Of a DNA stretch of 64,000 nt, positions 35,627 to 44,700 are shown piece after piece. The position numbers and the translations under genes are program-made. Below the pieces are notes generated by a model. That model did not search any database and had not been told where the DNA came from. It saw only the letters and a program-made list of their open reading frames with translations. Location of the stretch: the NCBI GenBank assembly GCA_031291435.1, contig JARLJC010000108.1, positions 6,852 to 70,851 on the forward strand, read 5' to 3'. Position 1 is the first letter of the stretch, and each line of letters starts with the position of its first letter. Origin of the DNA: Alphaproteobacteria bacterium (GTDB lineage: Bacteria > Pseudomonadota > Alphaproteobacteria > UBA9219).

Positions 35627-36308
35627 TTTTGGGGCTATGAACGCGGCCACCGCGCGGCGGCAACCGCCGCTCTCGCCGACATCGGGACATTTTCTCGCCA
35701 GTCTTGGAAGGGCCGCGCATCAAACGGCGCCGTTCGATTACTGGCTGCTCGATGACGCGTTTCCGGAAGATGTGGTCGATAGGGTGGCCGATCTGCCGTT
35801 TCTGCCGCCGGAAAATCCGTTGTTCGAAGGGCGGCGCGAATGCAACAATTCGACGCGGGTTTATTTCTCGCCCGAGAATCAGGACAAATTCCCGGTCTGC
35901 CGCGATCTCGTTGAGACGTTCAGCAACCCGTCGATTCTCGCGGCGATCGAGCGCATGACACACGCCGATGTGTCGAAAGGGCAGCTGCGCATCGAATATT
36001 GCCAGGATGTCGACGGTTTCTGGCTGGAGCCGCATCTCGACATTTCCGTCAAGCTTTTCACGATGTTAGTCTATCTGTCCGACGATCCGAACCTGTTCGA
36101 CGCCGGCACCGATATTTATGATTCCACCCCCGAGCATCGACTGGTGGCGTCCGCCCCCTATGAAAAAAACAAGGGTTTGATATTCGTTCCCGGCACGAAT
36201 ACATGGCACGGTTTCACTAAACGTCCTATAAAGGGGCTGCGTAAATCCATCATCATCAATTACGTATCGCCGGAATGGCGCAATAAAGACGAATTGGCCT
36301 ATCGGTGA
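35616..36308 (+). CDS. 2OG-Fe(II) oxygenase superfamily protein (second, divergent copy)
   Basis: I prefer the ATG at 35616 (MAINFGAMNAAT...), an 11-nt overlap with the upstream gene. HxD (PHLD) and a distal His (NTWHGF). Confidence 0.7.
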   Translation: MAINFGAMNAATARRQPPLSPTSGHFLASLGRAAHQTAPFDYWLLDDAFPEDVVDRVADLPFLPPENPLFEGRRECNNSTRVYFSPENQDKFPVCRDLVETFSNPSILAAIERMTHADVSKGQLRIEYCQDVDGFWLEPHLDISVKLFTMLVYLSDDPNLFDAGTDIYDSTPEHRLVASAPYEKNKGLIFVPGTNTWHGFTKRPIKGLRKSIIINYVSPEWRNKDELAYR

Positions 36309-36325
36309 TGCGGGGAGTTTGCGTC

Positions 36326-36493
36326 ATGTCACGTTCTTCGCTGCGCCGGGAGATTACCGGCATTCTCGTTATCAAGATCGCTATCATCCTTCTGGCCGGC
36401 TTCACGATTTTCGGCGCGGCGCACCGGCTGCATGTCGATAACGCGTTGATGACCCGCCACCTGCTTGGCCCTTCTTCTGAACCCGCGAGGTAA
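36326..36493 (+). CDS. cydP: Small membrane protein upstream of cydA (CydP-like)
   Basis: ATG at 36326 follows GGGGAG. Product MSRSSLRREITGILVIKIAIILLAGFTIF..., with one TM. Position and sequence resemble the putative small subunit CydP as I recall it. Confidence 0.5.
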   Translation: MSRSSLRREITGILVIKIAIILLAGFTIFGAAHRLHVDNALMTRHLLGPSSEPAR

Positions 36494-36497
36494 CTTT

Positions 36498-38036
36498 ATG
36501 CACACGCTCGATGTCGTTTCCCTGTCCCGCCTGCAATTCGCGCTGACGGCGCTGTATCATTTTCTGTTCGTGCCGTTGACGCTCGGTATGTCGTTCCTGC
36601 TGGCGATCATGGAAAGCGTGTGGGTGATGACCGGCCGCACCATCTGGCGCGACATGGTCAAATTCTGGGGCACTTTGTTCGGCATTAATTTTGCGATGGG
36701 GGTGGCGACCGGCATCACGATGGAATTTCAGTTCGGCACCAACTGGGCCTATTACTCGCATTATGTCGGGGATATTTTCGGCGCGCCCCTCGCCATCGAA
36801 GGGCTGATGGCGTTTTTCCTCGAAGCGACTTTCGTCGGCCTGTTTTTCTTCGGCTGGGATAAAATGTCGCGGTTGCAGCATCTGGTCTGCACCTGGCTGC
36901 TGGCTCTCGGCGCCAATCTGTCGGCTTTGTGGATCCTGATCGCCAATGGCTGGATGCAAAATCCGGTCGGCGCGCATTTCAATGTCGATACCATGCGCAT
37001 GGAAGTTTCCAACTTCGGCGACGTGCTGTTCAACCCGGTGGCGCAGGCGAAATTCGTGCATACGGTCAGCGCCGGTTACGTCACCGGCTCGGTTTTCATC
37101 ATGGCGATCAGCGCGTGGTATCTGCTGAAGGGCCGCCATATCGAAATCGCCAAACGCTCGATGACGGTGGCGGCGTGCTTCGGCCTCGCCTCGGCCTTGT
37201 CGGTCGTGGTTCTCGGCGACGAGAGCGGCTATACCGCCAGCCAGAACCAGAAAATGAAAATCGCCGCGATCGAGGCGGTGTGGCACACGGAAGCGGCGCC
37301 CGCCGGATTGACCCTGTTCGGCTTTCCCGATCCTGCCAAAGGCGTCACGCATTTCGAAATCAAGCTGCCCTGGGTGCTGGGGCTGATTGCCACCCGTTCG
37401 GCGGATACCGCGGTGCCGGGCATCGCCGATCTCGTGGAACGCAACAAGCAGCGCGTGCGCAGCGGGATGATCGCCTATGAAGCGCTCGACGGTTTGCGGC
37501 GCGACCGCGGCGACGCGCGGCTGATGGGTCTTTTTAACGAACATCAGGGCGATCTTGGCTATGCGCTTCTGCTGAAACGCTATACCGACGACGTCGCGCA
37601 CGCCGACGACCGTATGATCGCGTCGGCGGCCAACGATACCGTTCCCGATGTTCCCACGCTGTTCTGGAGTTTCCGCGGCATGGCCGCGCTGGGCTTCTAT
37701 TTCATCGGGTTATTTGTTTGCGCTTTCTATTTCGCGGCGCGCCGTGAATTGCACAAGCGCAAGGGATTCCTCCGGCTGGTGGTGGCGACTTTGCCGCTGC
37801 CGTGGCTGGCGGCGGAGCTGGGCTGGGTGGTGGCCGAGATGGGACGCCAGCCCTGGACGATCGACGGCGTGCTGCCGACCTTCCTGTCGGCCTCGTCGAC
37901 CCCGGCCAGCAATGTGCTGCTGTCGCTGATCGGCTTCGTGCTGTTTTATTCGGCGCTTCTGGTGGTCGAATTGTTCCTGATGGTAAAATACGTCAAACTG
38001 GGGCCGCCTGCCGCGCCCGCAAAAGGGGAGGCCTGA
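36498..38036 (+). CDS. cydA: Cytochrome bd ubiquinol oxidase subunit I
   Basis: I prefer the ATG at 36498: MHTLDVVSLSRLQFALTALYHFLFVPLTLG is the canonical CydA N-terminus. 512 aa. Confidence 0.92.
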   Translation: MHTLDVVSLSRLQFALTALYHFLFVPLTLGMSFLLAIMESVWVMTGRTIWRDMVKFWGTLFGINFAMGVATGITMEFQFGTNWAYYSHYVGDIFGAPLAIEGLMAFFLEATFVGLFFFGWDKMSRLQHLVCTWLLALGANLSALWILIANGWMQNPVGAHFNVDTMRMEVSNFGDVLFNPVAQAKFVHTVSAGYVTGSVFIMAISAWYLLKGRHIEIAKRSMTVAACFGLASALSVVVLGDESGYTASQNQKMKIAAIEAVWHTEAAPAGLTLFGFPDPAKGVTHFEIKLPWVLGLIATRSADTAVPGIADLVERNKQRVRSGMIAYEALDGLRRDRGDARLMGLFNEHQGDLGYALLLKRYTDDVAHADDRMIASAANDTVPDVPTLFWSFRGMAALGFYFIGLFVCAFYFAARRELHKRKGFLRLVVATLPLPWLAAELGWVVAEMGRQPWTIDGVLPTFLSASSTPASNVLLSLIGFVLFYSALLVVELFLMVKYVKLGPPAAPAKGEA

Positions 38037-38039
38037 GCC

Positions 38040-39179
38040 ATGTTCGATTATGAAATTTTCCGTCTGATCTGGTGGGGGCTGCTCGGAATCCTCCTGATAG
38101 GGTTCGCGGTCATGGACGGCTTCGATTTCGGAGTCGGCGCTTTGATGCCTTTCCTCGGCAAAAACGACGAAGAACGCCGCATCATCATCAATACCGTCGG
38201 CCCCGTATGGGAAGGCAATCAGGTGTGGCTGATCCTCGGCGGCGGCGCGATCTTTGCCGCATGGCCTTATATCTATGCCGTGGCTTTCTCGGGCTTTTAT
38301 CTGGCGATGTTCCTCGTGCTGTGCACGCTCATCCTGCGCCCGGTTTCGTTCAAGTTCCGCAGCAAGATGCCGGGCAAAGGCTGGCGCAGTTTCTGGGACT
38401 GGTGCCTGTTCACGACGGGTGCGGTGGCGCCGGTAATTTTCGGCGTCGCGGTCGGCAATGCGCTGGAAGGGGTGCCTTTCACGCTCGATGACACCATGCG
38501 CATGACCTATACCGGCAATCTGTTCGGCCTCCTCAATCCGTTCGCGCTCCTGACGGGGATCATCAGCCTGTCGATGGTGCTGACGCAGGGGGCGGTCTGG
38601 CTGGGACTGAAAACCGAAGGCGATATTGAAAAGCGCGCGCGGGGGGTGGCGACTTTCTTCGGCCTCGCTACGCTCGCCCTGTTCGTGGTGGCGGGGTTGT
38701 GGGTCGATCTCGGCATCGACGGCTATCGCATCACCAGCGTTATCGATCCCAACGGACCTTCCAATCCGCTCTTGAAAACGGTGACGCGCGCGACGGGTGC
38801 CTGGTTCGACAATTACCGCAAATTGCCGGTCAGCATGCTGGCCCCGGCGCTGGCGATCATCGGTACGCTGATCGTCCTGCCGGCGGTTGCCGGGCGGCGT
38901 TACCTGCTGGCCTTTGTCGGCAATTCGCTGACCATCGCCGGTATCGTCTCTACCGCGGGCGTCGCCATGTTCCCGTTCCTGCTGCCTTCGTCGCTTAACC
39001 CCAACGCCAGCCTGACGGTGTGGGATGCGTCGTCGAGCCGCACGACGCTCATTATCATGACGGTGGTGGCCGCCGTGTTCGTTCCCATCATCCTGGCCTA
39101 TACCGGCTGGGTTTACAGCGTCCTGCGCGGCAAGGTCACCAAGGCCTATATCCGTGAGCAGGGCGGCAGCGTTTACTGA
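38040..39179 (+). CDS. cydB: Cytochrome bd ubiquinol oxidase subunit II
   Basis: 379 aa. [33 protein letters not shown] is the canonical CydB start. 3-nt gap after cydA. Confidence 0.92.
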   Translation: MFDYEIFRLIWWGLLGILLIGFAVMDGFDFGVGALMPFLGKNDEERRIIINTVGPVWEGNQVWLILGGGAIFAAWPYIYAVAFSGFYLAMFLVLCTLILRPVSFKFRSKMPGKGWRSFWDWCLFTTGAVAPVIFGVAVGNALEGVPFTLDDTMRMTYTGNLFGLLNPFALLTGIISLSMVLTQGAVWLGLKTEGDIEKRARGVATFFGLATLALFVVAGLWVDLGIDGYRITSVIDPNGPSNPLLKTVTRATGAWFDNYRKLPVSMLAPALAIIGTLIVLPAVAGRRYLLAFVGNSLTIAGIVSTAGVAMFPFLLPSSLNPNASLTVWDASSSRTTLIIMTVVAAVFVPIILAYTGWVYSVLRGKVTKAYIREQGGSVY

Positions 39180-39192
39180 GGAGGAAAGTCGC

Positions 39193-39321
39193 ATGTGGTA
39201 TTTCAGCTGGATTCTCGGTATCGGCCTTGCCTGCGCCTTTGCCATTCTCAACGCGCTGTGGTTCGAGCTCGACGCCGACAAAAGCGCCGACAAACTGGCC
39301 GATAAAAATCCGAAGATCTAA
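39193..39321 (+). CDS. cydX: Cytochrome bd small subunit CydX (below the ORF-track cutoff)
   Basis: GAGGAAAG precedes the ATG at 39193. The 42-aa product MWYFSWILGIGLACAFAILNALWFELDADKSADKLADKNPKI* has the MWYFxWILG CydX/YbgT motif. Confidence 0.8.
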   Translation: MWYFSWILGIGLACAFAILNALWFELDADKSADKLADKNPKI

Positions 39322-39408
39322 GCCGCCCTGTTTTGTTCTTGAGAAAAGAGCATCGGGCCGATAGATCTGAGCCCGCCCTTGCGGCGGGAATCGGATGGCG
39401 CGGAACAG

Positions 39409-40134
39409 ATGGCTCTTGTCAAAAAATTCGAAAGCGATTTTGGCGTCATCAGCGTGCTGCGTTCGTCTCATGACGGCGGCATGGCCTACTATCAGAATGG
39501 CTGTTTCCACAGCCAGTCCACGCGACAGGGCATCAGCGTCTGCGCCTATGTTCACGCCCTCCACGAAATGATCAGGCAGGCGCGGGCGCGGCGCGTGCTG
39601 ATTATCGGCTGCGGCGGCGGCACATTGGCGACCATGCTGCGGCGGCTGAATTGCAGGGTAACCGTTGTCGATATCAATCCCGTCTCCTTCATCGTCGCCC
39701 GCGCTTATTTCCGCCTGCCCGACGATGTGCGCTGCATCTGCCGCGACGGCATCGCCTATCTGCGCACCACCTGCAAAAAATACGATGCTGTGGTGATCGA
39801 TGTGTTCGGTTCCCACAATAATGTGCCGCCGATGTTTACCACCGAGGCTTTTTTTCGCGCGGTCGCCCGCGTGCTGTCGCCCTCCGGCCTGATGGCGATG
39901 AATGTCATCACCGCGAATGATCGCGACAAGCGCGCCGCGATTATCGCCCAGCGTGCCGAGGCGGCGGGCATGGGCATCGCGCTTTTCGACTGGCCGGGGC
40001 AGAAGGATCGCAACAGTCTGATCACCGGCAACGCGCCGCGCCGCCTGCGCCTGCCTTCGGGGCGCGAACCGGCCTGGATGCGTGAGGATATGCGCGGCCT
40101 TACCCGCCTCGGCCTCCGCAAGCGCCTGCCCTGA
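39409..40134 (+). CDS. Class I SAM-dependent methyltransferase / spermidine synthase-like protein
   Basis: I prefer the ATG at 39409. Motif I is VLIIGCGGGTLATML. VVDINP and a DAVVIDVF acidic loop follow. Confidence 0.6.
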   Translation: MALVKKFESDFGVISVLRSSHDGGMAYYQNGCFHSQSTRQGISVCAYVHALHEMIRQARARRVLIIGCGGGTLATMLRRLNCRVTVVDINPVSFIVARAYFRLPDDVRCICRDGIAYLRTTCKKYDAVVIDVFGSHNNVPPMFTTEAFFRAVARVLSPSGLMAMNVITANDRDKRAAIIAQRAEAAGMGIALFDWPGQKDRNSLITGNAPRRLRLPSGREPAWMREDMRGLTRLGLRKRLP

Positions 40135-40138
40135 AAAA

Positions 40139-41485
40139 TTATGTGGCGAGGTTGCGGGCAACGGCGGCGGCCTGCTCGCGCAGTTCCGGCACCGCGACCG
40201 ACTCGTAGAGCCGTCCTTTAAGAACGCTGCCGAGGGCATAAAGCCCTTCCACGCGCGCGCCCTTTGCATCGAGCACGGTATAATCCTCCGCTGTGGCGAG
40301 GCCGAGCTGCAATGCGTCGGCCGCGACCAATCCGCTTTGCAGCATGTTCTGGATCAGCGGGTCGTCGAGCTTGCGAAAATCCGCCTGCGGCCCCGTGCAG
40401 CGCAGAATATGCCGCACATCGAAACTTTTGGCCTCGGTCGTGCCGCGTGGCCGCCATGTGACGCGCCAGCCGTTGTCGGTGCGCGTCTGCGACAGGATCG
40501 GGCCGTAATGCAGCGTCAGCCGCCCGGCTTGTTCCAGCGCGCGATAGCCATCCATGATTTGCGGCGCGCAGCGATGGCGATGCACATCCCAATAAGCGCG
40601 TAGATGCCGCAGAAAACGCCGTTTCTCGACGGTGGGCAGCGCCTGCCACAAAGACTGGTTCAGCGGGCGCAGGGCATCGATCACGCTGCGCCACGAAACG
40701 CCAAGCGCGGCGGCGCTTGTTATCTCCCCGCGCACAATGCGGCATAGCGCTAAGGCTGTGCGCGGAAGATTGTCCGCCTGCAAACTGAGCGTATAAGACG
40801 CGGTATCCGCATGCTCGCGCGGCAGCAACCCGTGGCGCGACAGCAAATGTATGTGGCCGGTTTTTTTTGTGCGCGCCAGCGTGGCCACCATGTCGAGGCT
40901 GGTGAGGCCGGTGCCGACAATCAGGATATCGCCGTCATCCGCGAGTTCTTCCGCCGTTTGCGGGGCGTAGGGATTTTGCGCGGGCGCGCGTTCCGCCTGT
41001 TCCGGCGGGAAGTTGCCCAGCGCCAGAACGACTTTCCGCGCCATGAGGCTCGAACCGTCATCGGCGGTAAGCGTAAAACCGACAGGCGTTCGCTGCAAAC
41101 CTGTTATGCGCCGTTTCAGAAGGGTAAGAGAGGGGCTGGCCGCGCAGGCTTCCTGCAATAAATGGCGCAGATAGGCGCCGTAAAGTCGTCGCGGCACGAA
41201 ATCGCGGCGCCCAAAGGAACCCTGCTGCCCGGACATTTCCAGCCAGCACCAGAAATCGCCGGGCGCATCGGCGAAAGCCCCCATTTGCTCGGCGCGGACA
41301 TTGAGAAGGTGATCGGCGTCGGATGTGCCATAGGCAAGGCCCGGCCCAGGGATGTCGTTGCGTTCGATCAGGGCGATTTTTGCCGTGGGCGATAGGTGCG
41401 CGAGAGTGACGGCGGCCATGGTGCCGCAGAATCCCGAACCGACAAGGACGACATCGTAATCTGGCATGAATAGCCGCGCAGGCAT
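40139..41485 (-). CDS. FAD/NAD(P)-binding oxidoreductase (NAD_binding_9-like)
   Basis: 448 aa with the N-terminal dinucleotide fold YDVVLVGSGFCGTMAAV and a second GxG region ILIVGTGLTSLD. Confidence 0.7.
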   Translation of the reverse strand: MPARLFMPDYDVVLVGSGFCGTMAAVTLAHLSPTAKIALIERNDIPGPGLAYGTSDADHLLNVRAEQMGAFADAPGDFWCWLEMSGQQGSFGRRDFVPRRLYGAYLRHLLQEACAASPSLTLLKRRITGLQRTPVGFTLTADDGSSLMARKVVLALGNFPPEQAERAPAQNPYAPQTAEELADDGDILIVGTGLTSLDMVATLARTKKTGHIHLLSRHGLLPREHADTASYTLSLQADNLPRTALALCRIVRGEITSAAALGVSWRSVIDALRPLNQSLWQALPTVEKRRFLRHLRAYWDVHRHRCAPQIMDGYRALEQAGRLTLHYGPILSQTRTDNGWRVTWRPRGTTEAKSFDVRHILRCTGPQADFRKLDDPLIQNMLQSGLVAADALQLGLATAEDYTVLDAKGARVEGLYALGSVLKGRLYESVAVPELREQAAAVARNLAT

Positions 41486-41740
41486 CTTTCTGTGTGTCGT
41501 GACCCAAAAGCAACTTGAGGGGGATTAAAGACGAAAGCTCATAACTTTCCTTTAACGATTTAAGCCTACCCTTTTCGGCATAATTTCCGCAGGAAAGGGT
41601 GTCATACCCCTGAATGCGGATCCTGAAAACGAATGCAATTCCCTTGTGGAAAAATAAGCGCTGCGCCTAAATGAATGCATGATTCGAGACGGGCCGCTGC
41701 TTGTTAGATAAGGGAGGCCTTTTCTGTCCGGTGAGTTTCC

Positions 41741-44700
41741 ATGTCGCATCCTTTTTTGCCTGTCTGCCACCGTTCGCCCGGTCAAAGGCAAAAGATTCGC
41801 CCCGGTAGAACGGGCATAACTCTTGCGCTCGGCCTTATGCTGGGCGGTGCGGCGCATGCGGCGGCACCGGCATCGAACGCGTTGCCGACCGGCGGCCAGA
41901 TCGTTTCCGGCAGCGGCAGCATCAGCCAGACCGCCAGCAGTCTCACCGTCAATCAGAGCAGCGACAAGCTGGTCGCCAACTGGAGCAGCTTCGATATCGG
42001 CAGCAACGCCAGCGTCAATTTCGTGCAGCCCAGCGCCACGAGCGTCGCGCTCAACCGTATTTCGGGCGGCGCTTCGCAGATTTTCGGGCATCTGACCGCC
42101 AACGGCAAAGTCATCCTCGTCAACCCCAACGGCATCATTTTCGGTGCGGGTTCGCGGGTCGATGTCGGCGGGCTGGTGGCCTCGTCGCTTGATATGTCGG
42201 ATGCCGACTTTGCCGCCGGGAACAATCATTTCGCGGGCTCGGGCACCGGCCCCATCGTCAATAACGGCACTATCACGGTTCCGGCGGGCAGCGTCGTTGC
42301 GATGATCGCGCCGCAGGTCAGCAATAACGGCACTATCAATGCTTCGGGCGGCGGCGTGGCGCTGGCCGCGGGGCAGGATGTAACGCTCGATTTCACCGGC
42401 GATAATCTCGTCAGCGTGACCGTCAGCAGGGCGGCTTTCGACGCTCTGGTGGAAAATAAAGGCATCATCGTTGCCGATGGCGGCGTCGCGATCATGAGCG
42501 CGCAAAGCGCCAACGCTTTGCTTGAAACCGTCGTCAATAATGATGGCATCGTTCAGGCTAACAGCCTGTCGGACAAAAATGGCCGCATCATCCTCGATGG
42601 CGGCGACAGCGGCACCGTTGCGGTAAGCGGCACTTTGCAGGCCGACGGCACGCAGGCGGGCCAGAGCGGCGGCACCATTACCGCCACCGGCAATCAGGTC
42701 AATGTCGCGGCGACCGTGGTGATCGACGCGTCGGGCAATGCGGGTGGCGGCACTATCAAGATCGGCGGCGGCGTGCGCGGACAGGATGCCAGCATCGCCA
42801 ACGCCAAGGACGTCACCGTCGCGGCGGGCGCGCAAATCAAGGCCAACGCCACCGATAACGGCAATGGCGGCACCGTCACGGTATGGTCAGACGGCAAGAC
42901 CGATGTTTCGGGCGCCATGCAGGCCAAAGGCGGCCCCAACGGCGGCGATGGCGGTTATGTCGAAACTTCGGGCGCAAGCCTCACGCTGGAAAAATATCTG
43001 TTCGTCAATACGGGCGCCGCCAAAGGCAGCGGCGGCCTGTGGCTGCTCGACCCCACCACCGAAACCTATCAGACCATCGGCGGTACCGAAGCATCGGCCA
43101 TCGAGACCGCCCTTGCCAGCGGCGAAGTCAACGATGTCACCAGCGGCGGTATTCATATCACCTCCAGCATCGTCAGCGGCGCGGGCAATAAGCTGACCTT
43201 CCAGTCGGCCAATCAGATTCTGGTCGATGCGGTGACGGTATCGACCGGCGGCGGCGCTCTTTATTTTGGCGGCGAGGCGGGCGGCACCTCCTATGCTACC
43301 GGCGCGGCGTCGGGCCAGGCGGGTGTGGTGCTGAACGGATCGACGCTGAACGCGGGCGCGGGCCTGCTCACCATTCGTGGGCAGGGTTATACGCCGGGGC
43401 TGCTTACCGGCACCGGCAGTCTTTCCGCCAATGAATCCGCCGGCATCGGCGTCGATTTTCAGGGCACGGTTTCGCTGACCGGCGGCACTATCAACGTGAC
43501 CGGCGTCGGCGGTACCGGGCAGGCAGTTGAAAACACCACGGCCACCGGGCCGCTGGTCACCGGCACCGGCTATTTCTGGAGCACCAACACCCATGTCGGC
43601 GGCAACAACGGCGCCAGCGCCTCGGCCGGCGATGGTGCGGTCGGCGTGGATGTCGAATCAGGTGCCAGCGTAACGGTTACAGGATCGACCGCGGCCACCA
43701 TCAATGCGACCGGCGGTGATGGCGGGGATGCCAGCATCGATAATCTTGGCGGCAGCGGATCCTGGGGCGGCAATGGCGCGATCGGTTACTATCAGCAGGG
43801 CGCCGTGGCTTTCAATACGCCGACGGCGACCATTAGTGCTTCGCGCGGCTATAGCGGGTATGGCAGCAGCCCCGGATACTATGTCGACGAAGCTGTCGGC
43901 CCCCAATGCAACGGCGACTGCAATTACGATGCTTATGATTCCGGTAACGGGCTCTATGATGCCTATGGCGGCGGCACCGAAGAATATGGGACCACGCCGC
44001 AAATATCCTATAACGACGGTAGCGGCAGCGACGCCAGCTACGCTCTCTATATCAACGGCAATCTCAGCAATACCAACGGCGTCGGCAGTATTCTGAATAT
44101 CGAAGGCAATTATGACGCCTATCAGAACAGCGGCGCTTTGACCGCTTCGCATGTGATGATGGAGGGTCTCGACAGCGAGAATCCCGTTTTCAATTTCAGC
44201 CAGGCCAACAACGCCATCGACATGCTGGCGTCACAGAGCGTCGGCACCCTCTATTTCAACGATAAGGATAGCGGCACGCAATCGCTCCATATCGGCACCG
44301 TCAGCGGCGTCGCGGGCGTCAATACCGCCAGCGAGACCAACATTCAGGTTCAGGGCGGCAACGGCGCCAGCGCCTCGCTCATCGTCGATAATGGCGCGGG
44401 CGTCGCCGCCGGAACCTATGGCACCCTGACCGCCAACACCATTCTGTTCAACAGCGGCGACAGCAGCATCAGCGGCACCTATTTCGCCGTCCGTCCCTAC
44501 AGCACCAGCCAGAATTTCGTGATGGCCGCCGCCGATCCCAACGCGGGCGGCGATCTTTATATTCCCGTCGGCAATATCTCGAAATTCAACAGTTCAAGCC
44601 TGACTTTCGGCGATTCCGCCGACACCGGCAACGTCACCGTCAGCAGCAACGCCGATTTCGGCAGCACCAACATGGCCTTCCTGACCGGCAGCGGCGGCAT

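Noticed and set aside
36402-39293. Long minus-strand ORFs 36402-37601 and 37710-39293 opposite cydAB
   Set aside because: cydA and cydB are unmistakable on the plus strand. The antisense translations are Arg/His/Gly-rich and have no motifs.
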